This document shows positions 28,696 to 39,036 of a stretch of DNA of 64,000 bases, piece after piece. The position numbers were made by a program, and so were the translations under genes. Numbering within the stretch: the stretch's first letter is position 1; every line of letters begins with the position of its first letter. The notes under the pieces were generated by a model. That model was not told where the DNA came from. It did no database searches and saw nothing but the letters and a program-made list of their open reading frames with translations. Source of the stretch: an uncultured Myxococcales bacterium (GTDB lineage Bacteria > Myxococcota > Kuafuiibacteriia > Kuafuiibacteriales > Kuafuiibacteriaceae); NCBI GenBank assembly GCA_964519665.1, contig CAZFIV010000012.1, positions 44,814 through 108,813 of the forward strand, given 5' to 3'.

Positions 28696-31395
28696 CTAGA
28701 CCACCGGCCGCGCCCCGGCGGGCAAACGACCTCGCCGACGGTCGAGCCGTTCGACGACCGCCAAGGCGGCCGGCACCACGGTTATGGAGATCAGCAAGCA
28801 GGACCCCACCCCCAGAAGCATCATGACCCCCATGCTGGCCAGGCCACGATGACTCGACAGGGCCAAAGAGCCGAAGCCCACCATCGTCGTCAACGACGAC
28901 AGCGCCACCGCGGTTCCGGTGTGCTTCATCGCTTCGACCATCGACCCTGACTCCCGGTAGCGATGCATCAGGTGCACGCCGTTGTCGATGCCCACGCCGA
29001 TGATCAGGGGCAGTGCTACGATGTTGGCCAGATTATAAGGAACCCCGAGCACTTGCATGAGTCCGATCATCCACACGACCCCCAGCCCGACCGGGACCGA
29101 AGCCAAAAGCACGTCTCTAGGGCGGCGCAGGTCGATGCTCAGCAACATCAGAACGGCGAGACTCGCGTACAGCGCCGCCCAGACGAACGCGGACCGGAGC
29201 AGCCCGGCGTTCTCATAAAACGTCTCTGGAAAGCCGGTTGCGTCCTCGGCGACGGACCGAACCTCCTTCACGAATGCCGCGAGCGCCTCGCGGTCCCACA
29301 TGCTGTACCGAGGCACCGCGTAAACCGCGTATCGGCCCTCAGGGCTTACGAAACGCCGCCGGAGAGGCTCCGGCAGAGCTTCGATGCTCACCGGCCCTGC
29401 CTCGACCGTCTCTTCGAGGCGTCGGCGGGCGTTGTGAGCCGCTTCGCGAACCGCATCCGCGAATCGCTGGACCCCGGCCGCGACCTCGGGGTCTTCGACC
29501 TCTTCGCTGACAGCAGCGACCTTCTCCAGCGCCAGTTCGAGGGTTTTCGCCGCGACCTCGCGCCGTCTCTGCATCGCGAGGTCGGTCAGGGCCTCGACCT
29601 CGTCTTCGAGCTGCATGACCGCCTCGTCGATAGAGACGGCGGCGGACGCCCCGACCGGTTGATTCAGACTCCGCTTCATCTCGGCCAGCACGCCGAGACG
29701 CGCCTGTTGATGGCTCGGCAGGAACATAGCGGCGTCATGCACGCTGTAGACCGTCGGCTTGGCCCTCAATTCGGCCGCCACCACCCTCGCCTCGTGCAAC
29801 GAAGGGGCCGCCACGACCGCCGCGTTGGCCGACAGATCGCGCTCGCTCAGCATTCGATCCATCAGACGTGCACTTTCGGCGTCCTTCGGGAGAAGATCGA
29901 CGAGGCTGAAGTTGAAACGAATGTGCCAGCCACTGTAAGCGACCGGGATGGTCAGCAGTGCCGCGGCGACCAGAGGTGCGTAGGGCCTCCTGCCGATCCA
30001 GGTCGCCCACGACCCGAGCCCGAGGGCTCGCGGAGGTCGCGCCGGCATGCCGGGACCAGCCCACGTCAAGATGGCGGGGAACACGGTCAGCGCGGCGACC
30101 AACGTGAAGAGCAGCCCCAGGCCCGCCGCGATCCCGAGCTGCTCGATCCCCTGAAAGCCGCACCACCCCACGGCTGCGAAGGCTCCGGCGGACGTTACGG
30201 CCCCCGTGACGACCCCGCGGCCCGATCTGAGCACCGCCTGCCGAACCGCCTCTTCGTTGGTCATCCCCCGCTGACGTCCTTCCAGATACCGCGCCGACAG
30301 ATGGATGGAAAAATCGATCCCCATCCCGATCAACACGACGAGAAAGACCGACGACATGAGGTTGACGTACCCGAAGAGGAGCCGAACACAGGCCGCCGTC
30401 CAGACCACGCCGTACGCGACCGGCACCAGAGCGTAGGCAAGCATGCGAAGGGTCGGCAGGAACGCCAGGAACAAGAGGGCGACACCGACCAGAGCCACGA
30501 CACTGGTCAGCACGGTGTCCCGCTGAATGGCATAAAACTCGTCACGCTGAGTCGCGGGAATGCCGGTCAGTCCGTACTCGACGCTTGGAATCTGCTCGGC
30601 CACCTTCGCACAGGCAGCCCGGACCCGAGCCACGAACGGCAACACCACCTGCATTTCGTCGCGGGTGTACGGGGGGCGAACGAAGACGACGCCAGTCGTC
30701 CCGTCATGAAGCGTGAAATACCCCTCGGCGTCGATGCCACCCGGAGCCCCTCGGTCGTCGAGCGCCGCCGATAAGGCCGCCTTCCGGTCGAGCAGGGAAA
30801 GCGGGCCCTCGCGACCCTCCAGAGCATAGCCGTGAAAGGCGTCGATCAGACGGCCCAGGGTCATCGCCATCAGCTCGGATTGACGCGGCCCGGCGTCGGG
30901 CCCGACGATCGTCGGTGCCTGTCCAAGCAGAGCCGACAGCGCGCTGATCCGAGCCGCCGCGGGCTCGTCGCTCATCAAGCGGCGGGTCGGTTCGAGTTCC
31001 GCGATCTTTCGAAGGCGGTCGAGGTCTGCTTCGTCGAGGTACAAAAGACCGTGACGTTCGAACGCGCTGAGGTCGACCCGATGAAACACTGATTGCGCGA
31101 GTCCGGGCTCGTCGCGGATCGAAATGACGACTTCGTCCATGAACCGCCGGACGGACGTCGGGTCTTCGCCATCGACCACGATGACCAGATCCTCCGGAAT
31201 ACCGAACTCCTCTGCGAACGCCATATAGCGCTGCCAGTGCGGATTCCGGTCACTGACCAGGGCGGTTCGGGAAGTCGATATTTCGAGGCCACTCGCTATC
31301 CACGCGAGCGGTAGGGTGACGATGGTCGCCACCGCTAGCAGCCGTCGCGGCCGCTCCGACGCCCAATCGGCGAACCCATGCAGGAGAAAGTTCAT
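28696..31395 (-). CDS. MMPL/RND-family lipid transporter (HpnN/BstA-like)
   Basis: Two repeats of a large periplasmic loop plus TM bundle, with GMGIDFSIH and GVGIDNGVH motifs. Confidence 0.88.
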   Translation of the reverse strand: MNFLLHGFADWASERPRRLLAVATIVTLPLAWIASGLEISTSRTALVSDRNPHWQRYMAFAEEFGIPEDLVIVVDGEDPTSVRRFMDEVVISIRDEPGLAQSVFHRVDLSAFERHGLLYLDEADLDRLRKIAELEPTRRLMSDEPAAARISALSALLGQAPTIVGPDAGPRQSELMAMTLGRLIDAFHGYALEGREGPLSLLDRKAALSAALDDRGAPGGIDAEGYFTLHDGTTGVVFVRPPYTRDEMQVVLPFVARVRAACAKVAEQIPSVEYGLTGIPATQRDEFYAIQRDTVLTSVVALVGVALLFLAFLPTLRMLAYALVPVAYGVVWTAACVRLLFGYVNLMSSVFLVVLIGMGIDFSIHLSARYLEGRQRGMTNEEAVRQAVLRSGRGVVTGAVTSAGAFAAVGWCGFQGIEQLGIAAGLGLLFTLVAALTVFPAILTWAGPGMPARPPRALGLGSWATWIGRRPYAPLVAAALLTIPVAYSGWHIRFNFSLVDLLPKDAESARLMDRMLSERDLSANAAVVAAPSLHEARVVAAELRAKPTVYSVHDAAMFLPSHQQARLGVLAEMKRSLNQPVGASAAVSIDEAVMQLEDEVEALTDLAMQRRREVAAKTLELALEKVAAVSEEVEDPEVAAGVQRFADAVREAAHNARRRLEETVEAGPVSIEALPEPLRRRFVSPEGRYAVYAVPRYSMWDREALAAFVKEVRSVAEDATGFPETFYENAGLLRSAFVWAALYASLAVLMLLSIDLRRPRDVLLASVPVGLGVVWMIGLMQVLGVPYNLANIVALPLIIGVGIDNGVHLMHRYRESGSMVEAMKHTGTAVALSSLTTMVGFGSLALSSHRGLASMGVMMLLGVGSCLLISITVVPAALAVVERLDRRRGRLPAGARPVV

Positions 31396-31420
31396 CTACG
31401 CCGTGGTTCGTCGAATGTGG

Positions 31421-31960
31421 TCAGCCGGACCGCACGGCGGACGGCGCACAGTGGGGTTCGACCTGGCTTCGGTCGTCGGTGCGAGGCAGGCCTTCCCGGA
31501 CGATACGCTGAATGACCGTCGAGGGTTCAGCGGTTCGCTCTCGGCGCAGCTGTTCCGCGAGTTGTTCGGCCCACGTCCGCATGTACTCGACCACGTCGTC
31601 GCGCTGCCGGTAGTCGAGGGACCTCGGCCCGCCCGGAAGACCGCTCAGGACCTGATGGGATGACAACCGCTCGAGCTCGTGAATGTCTCGGTGGGTCATT
31701 CCGGCCTCGATCATGGTCGTGATGATGTGGTCCATCGGGTAGCCGCTGACCATACAGTGGTCGAGCGCTTGCTGCCCCCAGTCACCGGCCTTCTGCAGGG
31801 CGTACTGATGGATCTCAGCATTCGTCATTTTGGTGAGCGACTGCGCGAGGTGCCCGCAGTTGCATGACCCCATATGGGTCCAGCTGTAGTCGGCGCCCGC
31901 CTCCAAGCGGGCGGCAGCGGTCCGAAGGGCGTCGATCAGGATTTGCGTCGGTCGTGCCAT
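31421..31960 (-). CDS. conserved hypothetical protein with HMGSCNCGH motif
   Basis: Protein-like composition from ATG 31960 and a Cys/His cluster WTHMGSCNCGHLAQ. Confidence 0.7.
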   Translation of the reverse strand: MARPTQILIDALRTAAARLEAGADYSWTHMGSCNCGHLAQSLTKMTNAEIHQYALQKAGDWGQQALDHCMVSGYPMDHIITTMIEAGMTHRDIHELERLSSHQVLSGLPGGPRSLDYRQRDDVVEYMRTWAEQLAEQLRRERTAEPSTVIQRIVREGLPRTDDRSQVEPHCAPSAVRSG

Positions 31961-32060
31961 TCGCGTCTCTACATACCAGATAAGCATGCGCGGCGGGGGC
32001 CGCAAGACGTCGGAGACCGACCTCAGCGATTTCCCATGGGGCGTCAACCCCACTTTCGTC

Positions 32061-32726
32061 TCAGAAGACGAACTTCGCCTCTTTATCGACGTCCTTGCCA
32101 TCGAAAGCCGGAAATCGGATGCGCTTCGCCGCCTTCGCCACGCAAGGCGCGATCGAGGCCGCCACCCCATCGGTGGTCTCGACAACCTCGGAGTTCAGGA
32201 CCGAACCATCGGATCGGATTTTGAACGAGACCTTCATCGCCCCGCTGCGCTGACTACCGCGAAGCTTGCTCCGCGCGAGGCAAGCCCTCATGCCCCGCCA
32301 AGCGTTGACGGCATCCTGGAACTGGTCGTCCGTCAAGTTTCGCGGCACGTCGGGTTCGTCCTCGGCGCTGAAGCCCGCCGTGCTCGCGACGGCCCGGCGT
32401 TGGACACGACGCTTCGGCGGTTGCGGCTCCTCCGGTTCAGCAGCAGCCTCGTCTTTTCGACCGAGGCCCAGCAACGCGGCTCGGAGTGAATCCCCGCCCG
32501 CGCCGGCGAGCACGCTGCCCTCGGCCGGAGCCGCCGTACGCTCAGGAGTGGCTTGCGCTTGAGCAGTGACCTGCGCTTGGGTTGACGTTTCCGCTTCCGG
32601 GACCGACGGGACCGACGCTTCGGGAGCGGCGGGCGCCGTTTTCGGCGCCGCTGGCGTGCATGCTGACATTAGGCTCAGCAGCGCAACCCCGACAACGCCT
32701 ATCGAGTAAGTGAACGGTAGTCGCAT
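32061..32726 (-). CDS. lipoprotein with AgmX/PglI-like (TonB-C-like) C-terminal domain
   Basis: Lipobox MSAC, Ala/Pro linker, and MRACL...GAMKVSFKIRSDGSV...CV...IRFP. Confidence 0.7.
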   Translation of the reverse strand: MRLPFTYSIGVVGVALLSLMSACTPAAPKTAPAAPEASVPSVPEAETSTQAQVTAQAQATPERTAAPAEGSVLAGAGGDSLRAALLGLGRKDEAAAEPEEPQPPKRRVQRRAVASTAGFSAEDEPDVPRNLTDDQFQDAVNAWRGMRACLARSKLRGSQRSGAMKVSFKIRSDGSVLNSEVVETTDGVAASIAPCVAKAAKRIRFPAFDGKDVDKEAKFVF

Positions 32727-32931
32727 GCCTACACACCAACGGACAATGGACCCGGTCTCTCAAGCCTATACCCTAACCGAAGACGATTCAGGCCTGGTCA
32801 CTGGAGCAATTTCGCCCGGTCATCGGCGCCAAGGTGAACAATGGTGCGCTGGAACCGATTTCGACTTGCTTCGAACGGTTCGTTTCGTTCTGCTTTTCGT
32901 TATACGAACGACCGTGCTTTTTGAAACCCGG

Positions 32932-33519
32932 ATGAACAAGGGCGCGTCCACCAAGCGGGTCATCCTCGAGCGGGCTATGGAAATCGCGAGCACCGTGGGC
33001 CTCGAAGGTCTCAGCATCGGACTGCTGAGCAAGGCGCTCGGACTCTCCAAGAGCGGCCTGTTCGCCCACTTCAAGTCGAAAGAAAGGCTTCAGGTCGAAG
33101 TGCTATCGGCGGCCGAAGCGTACTTCATCGAGCGGGTCGTCCGGCCTGCGATCCGCGAGCCTCGCGGCGAACCAAGGATCCGTGCCCTCTTCCAGAATTG
33201 GCTCCGGTGGGCTCAAGAGCTCCTTCCGGGCGGCTGCCTGTTCGTCGCCGCGGCGACCGAGTACGACGATCGGCCGGGCGCGGTCCGCGAGGTGCTCGTG
33301 CGGGGTCAACAGGATTGGATCGATACCCTGACCCGGGCCGCGAGCATCGCAAAGGAGCACGGCCACTTCGGCGCCCACGTGGATGCTCGCCAGTTCGCCT
33401 TCGAACTGAACGCGCTGACGCTATCCGTCCACTTCTTCCATCGCCTCCTTCACGCGCCGGACAGTTTCGAGCTGGCCCGACGCGGGTTTGAGCGGCTCTT
33501 GGAAAGGTCCCGGCCCTAA
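32932..33519 (+). CDS. TetR/AcrR family transcriptional regulator
   Basis: GLEGLSIGLLSKALGLSKSGLFAHFKSKE and GGCLFV. The start was trimmed to ATG 32932. Confidence 0.93.
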   Translation: MNKGASTKRVILERAMEIASTVGLEGLSIGLLSKALGLSKSGLFAHFKSKERLQVEVLSAAEAYFIERVVRPAIREPRGEPRIRALFQNWLRWAQELLPGGCLFVAAATEYDDRPGAVREVLVRGQQDWIDTLTRAASIAKEHGHFGAHVDARQFAFELNALTLSVHFFHRLLHAPDSFELARRGFERLLERSRP

Positions 33520-33818
33520 GTCGGCACCCACATTCTTGCGTAACGGCCTGAACGACCTCTCCGCCGTCGCCCGATCGTGACCACGCGCCCCGCTCGCCGA
33601 CCTCCTTGGGGGCTCGGATCACGTTCGTTCGCGACCCTCGCGCATCACACCGAAAACGGCAGCACCGGTAGCCACTGCGTGGGATTTGCATTCGCGCGAC
33701 GTTCTGTTACTCCCGGCTGGTGTCGAGGGCCCGCCCAACGATCTCCCAACCTCAACCAGGGCCCGGGATGCCCCCGGCGTAGTCGCTCGGACATCCGTTC
33801 GACGGACAGGAGGAGGCT

Positions 33819-34625
33819 ATGATCACGATTTCAGACGGGATAATCACCGGAGCCCCGTTTCGCAATTCTCCAAACAAGAGCGGTCGGCTCATCCCCGATA
33901 CGATCGTCATGCACTACACGGCGGGAACCTCCACCAGCGGTGCGGCGAAGTGGCTGAGCAACCCGCAGGCGAAAGCGTCCGCCCACGTGGTCATCGGCCG
34001 CGACGGCGAGATCGTACAGCTGGTTTCTTTTAAAGAGATCGCTTGGCACGCCGGACGCTCGCGCTGGAAAGGCCGCACCGGCCTCAACAAGTATTCGGTG
34101 GGCATCGAGATCGTGAACGCCGGCCCGCTGACCAAGCACGCCGACGGCCACTACCGAACCCACTTCGGCAAGGTCATCAGCGACCCGGCCGAGGTCGTCG
34201 TGGCCACGCACAAACACGAACGAGAGCCCCGCTTTTGGCATAGCTACACCGAGGCGCAGCTGAGCCGGGTCGAAGAGCTGGTGCTCGCTCTCCTCAGCGA
34301 GTATCCGACGATCAACGAGGTCGTCGGGCATGACGACATCGCCAAGGGCCGAAAATCGGATCCCGGCCCGGCCTTCCCGATGGGACGCTACATCTCGTTG
34401 GTCGACGCGCGAAGCGAAGACGAGCCGGACGTCATGGTCGTCACCGCGTCCCGGCTCAATGTCCGGGAAGGACCAGGCATCGGTTACGATAAGGTCGACA
34501 ACGGACCACTCACGCGCGGTACGAGGGTGCAGCTCCTCGAGTGGGAGGCCCCTTGGGTCTTCGTCGCCTTCGGCGAGAACGATTTCGGCTGGGTTTCGAG
34601 CAACTATCTCGCATCGGTGTCCTGA
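33819..34625 (+). CDS. N-acetylmuramoyl-L-alanine amidase (Amidase_2) with C-terminal SH3b
   Basis: GGAGG RBS, IVMHYT, SAHVVI, AWHAG, VGIE, GHDDI..RKSDPG and LNVREGPG...GWVSSNY. Confidence 0.92.
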   Translation: MITISDGIITGAPFRNSPNKSGRLIPDTIVMHYTAGTSTSGAAKWLSNPQAKASAHVVIGRDGEIVQLVSFKEIAWHAGRSRWKGRTGLNKYSVGIEIVNAGPLTKHADGHYRTHFGKVISDPAEVVVATHKHEREPRFWHSYTEAQLSRVEELVLALLSEYPTINEVVGHDDIAKGRKSDPGPAFPMGRYISLVDARSEDEPDVMVVTASRLNVREGPGIGYDKVDNGPLTRGTRVQLLEWEAPWVFVAFGENDFGWVSSNYLASVS

Positions 34626-34914
34626 GCCGCATCGACCTTCCGGGGACCCGCGAAATAGGGCCAGCCCCCGGCCGCCCTCCCCGTCTTTGCGGTGACGACC
34701 TCATGTGGCACCCGCCGCGAACGAAGCCGGCAGCGGATGGCCCCGCTACGAGTTCGAGAACCGCCCAGACGTGGGCGCGCGAAGACCGAGGACCATTCAC
34801 CTGTTTCGCCGACGATGCCTCCCTGGCCGCATCGAGTCCCCCTGCTGGTTCGACGACGCCCTGACGATCCTCGGACTAGGCTCCGGAATGGACGGCCGAG
34901 ACGAGGGCGCCCAT

Positions 34915-35197
34915 GAGCTGGTTCAGGTCGGGGTCGAAGGCCATGGAATCCCAGACGGTGCCGCCGCCGCCCGTCTTCCACCACTCGCCTTTCCAGGTCT
35001 TGGCGGCTTCCTCCAAGGCCTTGCTTTCGAAGCCCTTCGCCGGGTCGCCAGGCACGGTATAGAAGCGCCACGCCTGATCGCCGGTTTCGGCGTCACAAGC
35101 CGTCACATAGCCGCGAACGCCCGGTTCGGCGCCCCCGGTTACCGATGATGATCTTGCCCTTCACCGCGCGTGGTGCACCGGTGATCGTGTAAGGCCT
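34915..35197 (-). pseudogene. fragment of PQQ-dependent (quinohemoprotein) alcohol dehydrogenase, frameshifted
   Basis: [20 protein letters not shown], then one extra base at ~35137, then [32 protein letters not shown]...[23 protein letters not shown]. No N- or C-terminal remainder is visible. Confidence 0.85.
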
Positions 35198-35233
35198 TGC
35201 CGACCCCACAAGGGCGCGTAGACTCCCGTCTTC

Positions 35234-36550
35234 ATGCGGATCAGTGTGTTCGGCTTGGGGTATGTGGGGGCGGTCTCGGCCGCCTGCCTTGCCCGTGATG
35301 GTCACCACGTCATCGGCTGCGACATCGACCCGATCAAACTCGATCTGATCCGACGCGGTGAGTCTCCGATCATCGAGCCGGGCCTCGCGGAGCTGATCCG
35401 ACACGGCGTCGAGCGCCGATCCTTTTCGGTCACCCATGACGCGTCGGAGGCCATCACCAACAGCGAGCTATCGCTGTTGTGCGTGGGCACGCCGTCCGAC
35501 CGCTCGGGGGCCCAAGACCTCACCGCGGTCCGCCGTCTGGCGCACCAGCTCGGGGACGTGCTCGCGCGAAAAAGGGAGTTTCATGGCTTCGTCATGCGGT
35601 CGACGGTCGCCCCCGGCACCACCGAATCGATCGTGATCGAGACGATCGCCGAGCGCTCGCAAAAGGAGCTCGGAGTCGACTTCGAGGTCGGCTTTCAGCC
35701 CGAGTTCCTGCGCGAGGGTTCGTCGATCGCCGACTACGACCAGCCCCCATACACAGTCGTCGGAACGAGCGGCGACCGACTGGAAGATGTTCTGAGATCG
35801 ATCTACGGCCGCTTGCCCGCCCCGTTCATCGTGACCGACATCCGCACGGCCGAGATGCTGAAGATGGTCGCCAACGCGTTCCACGCGCTCAAGATCACCT
35901 TTGCTAACGAGGTCGGTCGGCTCGGCCAAACGCTCGGCGTCGATACCCACCGAGTCATGGAGCTGATCTGCGAGGATCGTCAGCTCAATATCTCCCCCGC
36001 CTACCTTCGGCCGGGCTTCGCCTTCGGGGGCTCGTGCCTTCCGAAGGATGTCCGCGCGCTCGAAGCCCTATCGCGGCAGCACGCGCTTTCGCTCCCCATG
36101 ATGCAGGGCATCCTGCCGAGCAACCGCATTCATATCGAACACGCGGCGGACATCGTCCTCGAGTCCGGTCGCCGGCGCGTCGGGTTTATCGGGCTCAGCT
36201 TCAAGAGCGGTACCGACGACCTGCGCGAAAGCCCGTTGGTTACCCTCGCCGAACGCTTCATCGGACGCGGACTCGAGCTTCGGGTGTTCGACCCGGAGGT
36301 CAATCTGGCTCGACTGATCGGCGCGAATAAAAGATATATCGAAGAGAACATCCCTCATATCGCATCGCTGATGACTTCAGATATCGTTGATCTGATTCGA
36401 CGATCGGACGTCCTGGTGATTGGACGAACCACGTCCCAGATTGGGGAGGCCCTGCTTTCGTCTCATCGCGCCGACCAGCTGGTCGTCGACCTGGTGGGTC
36501 TGCGGCTCGACAGCCCGCTCCGAGCCACCGTTCGCGGCGTCTGCTGGTGA
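35234..36550 (+). CDS. UDP-glucose/GDP-mannose dehydrogenase (AlgD-like)
   Basis: MRISVFGLGYVG, FQPEFLREG, FGGSCLPKD, GLSFKSGTDDLRESP and terminal GVCW. Confidence 0.93.
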   Translation: MRISVFGLGYVGAVSAACLARDGHHVIGCDIDPIKLDLIRRGESPIIEPGLAELIRHGVERRSFSVTHDASEAITNSELSLLCVGTPSDRSGAQDLTAVRRLAHQLGDVLARKREFHGFVMRSTVAPGTTESIVIETIAERSQKELGVDFEVGFQPEFLREGSSIADYDQPPYTVVGTSGDRLEDVLRSIYGRLPAPFIVTDIRTAEMLKMVANAFHALKITFANEVGRLGQTLGVDTHRVMELICEDRQLNISPAYLRPGFAFGGSCLPKDVRALEALSRQHALSLPMMQGILPSNRIHIEHAADIVLESGRRRVGFIGLSFKSGTDDLRESPLVTLAERFIGRGLELRVFDPEVNLARLIGANKRYIEENIPHIASLMTSDIVDLIRRSDVLVIGRTTSQIGEALLSSHRADQLVVDLVGLRLDSPLRATVRGVCW

Positions 36551-36607
36551 CCGCGCCCGCCTATCGTTCGCTCAAGTGCCCCCTCCGTTCACCGATGAAA
36601 ACGTCAG

Positions 36608-38998
36608 ATGGTGTCGAGCTCCCGCATCGTTCCGTCCGCCACCGAGCGCGAAGAGGCCGGACCGGGCAGGGTTCGGCCGAGCACCGCCTCGCGCAACCTT
36701 TCGGTTCCGGCGGACCTGGCTCTCGTGGCCGACGTGCCGCTGGCGTGTGCCGACGCCGACGGCCGACATCAGTGGTGGAACGACGCGTACCGTACGTTCT
36801 CCGGCCGTACGGACGACGAGCTCGAGATCCTCAAGCTCGGTGAAGTCTTGGGCCGCCCGACCCACTTCGACCTCGAGTGGGAACGCGCGCTCTCCGGGCA
36901 CCGCGGGTGCTTCGAAATGCGCCGGCCCACCGCCACGGACGAAGGCGAATACTACCTCACGAGGTTGAAACCCCACCGAAACTCGGAGACGGGTCGCCTC
37001 CAAGTGGCGGTGTCGGTCGAGGATCAAACGGGTCCGCGCCGCGCGCTTAGCGACCTTCAGCGATACGCGAGCATGGTGTCCTACAGCATGGACGCCATAT
37101 TCAGTCTCGACCAGCGAGGGATGATCGAGACCTGGAACGCGGGCGCTCAAAACCTCTTCGGATACACCGCAGACGAGGTCCTCGGTCAGCCGTTGACCCT
37201 CCTCGCAGCCCCTGAAACGACCCTTCTGGAAACCCTGCCCGAACAGGTTCTGGAGGGAAACGTGGTCGAGGGTGACGACCTTCACCGCTGCCGCAACGGA
37301 ACCGTGCTGAGGGTATCGATCCAGGCCTCCCCCATCTATCACCGGGTCCTCGGCATCAGCGGCGTCGGTCTGGTCGCTCGTGACGTGACTGATCGACATG
37401 CGATCGAACAGGAGCTTCGGGCCGCGAAGGAGCGAGCGGAGCAGGCGGCGATCGCCAAGAGCCGATTCTTGGCCAATATGAGTCACGAGATCCGCACCCC
37501 GATGAACGGGGTCCTCGGGATGACCGACCTCCTGCTCGAGACCGACCTCAACCGAGAGCAGCGGGAGTACGCCGGGGCGGTCAAGAGCAGTGGCGACACC
37601 CTTCTTCAGCTCATCAACGATATCCTCGACTTCTCCAAGATCGAAGCGGGCCGGCTGGAGCTGGAGGACATCCCGTTCGACGTTTCGGCCACCTGCGAAG
37701 CGGTCCTCGACGTGGTCGGCCCCTTCGCCGCCCAAAAAGACATCGAGCTCACCGGCTACGTCGACCTCGATTTGCCCCCACGGATCTTCGGCGACCCGAG
37801 CCGCCTTCGCCAGGTCTTGCTCAACCTCACCAACAACGCCGTCAAGTTCACGACCGAAGGCGAAGTCGCCCTCCGCGTCCGCCACGCGCCCGGGGACCGA
37901 ATCCGATTCGAGGTCGAGGACACCGGCATCGGCATTCCGGCCGAACGGGTCGAGCAGCTCTTCACGGCGTTCACGCAGGTCGACAGCTCCACGACCCGGC
38001 GCTTCGGCGGCACCGGCCTCGGGCTCGCGATCAGCCGCGAGCTGGTCGAGCTGATGGGAGGGCGAATCGAGGTCGACTCGATCGAAGGGGTTGGCTCGCG
38101 TTTTTGGTTCGACCTACCGTTGCGCCCGGAAATCCCGGAGACCCCGCCGGCCGAACTGGCGGCGCTCGATGTGCTTCGCGGCTTGCGAGTGCTGGTGGTC
38201 GACGACATCGGCGCCAGCCGAGACGTCGTTCGACGGTATTGCGAGGCTTGGGGGTGTCAGGTTGCTGTCGCCGACAACGAAGCCACCGCGACGAGTTTGG
38301 TCGCTCAGGCCGAAGAGGCGAAGCAGCCCTATGCGGTCATCCTCCTCGACAACGGCCTGCCCGAGGTTCCCGGCCTCGAGCTAGGCCGGCGCTGGCAGTC
38401 GCGGTGGCCCAGTTCGCCTACGATCCGGGTCTTGCTGACTTCCTACGCGGAGCGGGGCGACGCCCGGCGAGCGCAGGACGCGGGATTCGCCGCCTATCTG
38501 ACCAAGCCCACCAAGAAGGGAACCCTCCGGGACGTGCTCCTGACGGTTCTGGGATCGGCGCCTCGAGGCCCCGCTCCGCGGCGGCTGGTCACCCGACACT
38601 CGGTCGTCGAGGACCGGCGCCGCAAGACCCGCATCCTCGTGGCGGAAGACAATCCGGTGAACCAGAAGGTGGTGCTTCGAATGCTGGAAAGGCTCGGTTT
38701 CCGACCCACGTTGGTGGCCGACGGCCGGCTCGCCGTCGAGCGGTTCTCGGCCGAGCCCTTCGATATCGTTCTGATGGACTGCCAGATGCCACACATGGAC
38801 GGCTACGAGGCTACCGGTCGGATCCGAGAGCTCGGCGAGCGAGGGGCCTGGGTTCCGATCGTCGCCATGACCGCGCACGCGATGAAAGGCGACCGAGAAA
38901 AGTGCCTGGCCGCCGGCATGAGCCACTACCTCGCGAAGCCCATCAGCTCCAAGGGGCTGGCCCAAGTGCTCGAATCTCTCATACCCAAGGAGGAGTAG
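36608..38998 (+). CDS. hybrid sensor kinase (PAS-HisKA-HATPase-REC-REC)
   Basis: FLANMSHEIRTPMNG, NLTNNAVKFT, DTGIGI, GGTGLGL and two receiver domains. Confidence 0.95.
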   Translation: MVSSSRIVPSATEREEAGPGRVRPSTASRNLSVPADLALVADVPLACADADGRHQWWNDAYRTFSGRTDDELEILKLGEVLGRPTHFDLEWERALSGHRGCFEMRRPTATDEGEYYLTRLKPHRNSETGRLQVAVSVEDQTGPRRALSDLQRYASMVSYSMDAIFSLDQRGMIETWNAGAQNLFGYTADEVLGQPLTLLAAPETTLLETLPEQVLEGNVVEGDDLHRCRNGTVLRVSIQASPIYHRVLGISGVGLVARDVTDRHAIEQELRAAKERAEQAAIAKSRFLANMSHEIRTPMNGVLGMTDLLLETDLNREQREYAGAVKSSGDTLLQLINDILDFSKIEAGRLELEDIPFDVSATCEAVLDVVGPFAAQKDIELTGYVDLDLPPRIFGDPSRLRQVLLNLTNNAVKFTTEGEVALRVRHAPGDRIRFEVEDTGIGIPAERVEQLFTAFTQVDSSTTRRFGGTGLGLAISRELVELMGGRIEVDSIEGVGSRFWFDLPLRPEIPETPPAELAALDVLRGLRVLVVDDIGASRDVVRRYCEAWGCQVAVADNEATATSLVAQAEEAKQPYAVILLDNGLPEVPGLELGRRWQSRWPSSPTIRVLLTSYAERGDARRAQDAGFAAYLTKPTKKGTLRDVLLTVLGSAPRGPAPRRLVTRHSVVEDRRRKTRILVAEDNPVNQKVVLRMLERLGFRPTLVADGRLAVERFSAEPFDIVLMDCQMPHMDGYEATGRIRELGERGAWVPIVAMTAHAMKGDREKCLAAGMSHYLAKPISSKGLAQVLESLIPKEE

Positions 38999-39036
38999 CG
39001 CGCCCCGCTTGTGGGAACGATGTCTCGCTTGGCAAG

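Noticed and set aside
32872-32920. Short palindromes upstream of the TetR gene (CGAAC-G-GTTCG; ACGAACGACCGT)
   Set aside because: Plausible autoregulatory sites, but too short or imperfect to support from sequence alone.
38104-39036. N-terminal 311 codons of ORF 38104..40308
   Set aside because: They overlap the hybrid kinase in another frame; only the part from ~39037 looks like a real protein.
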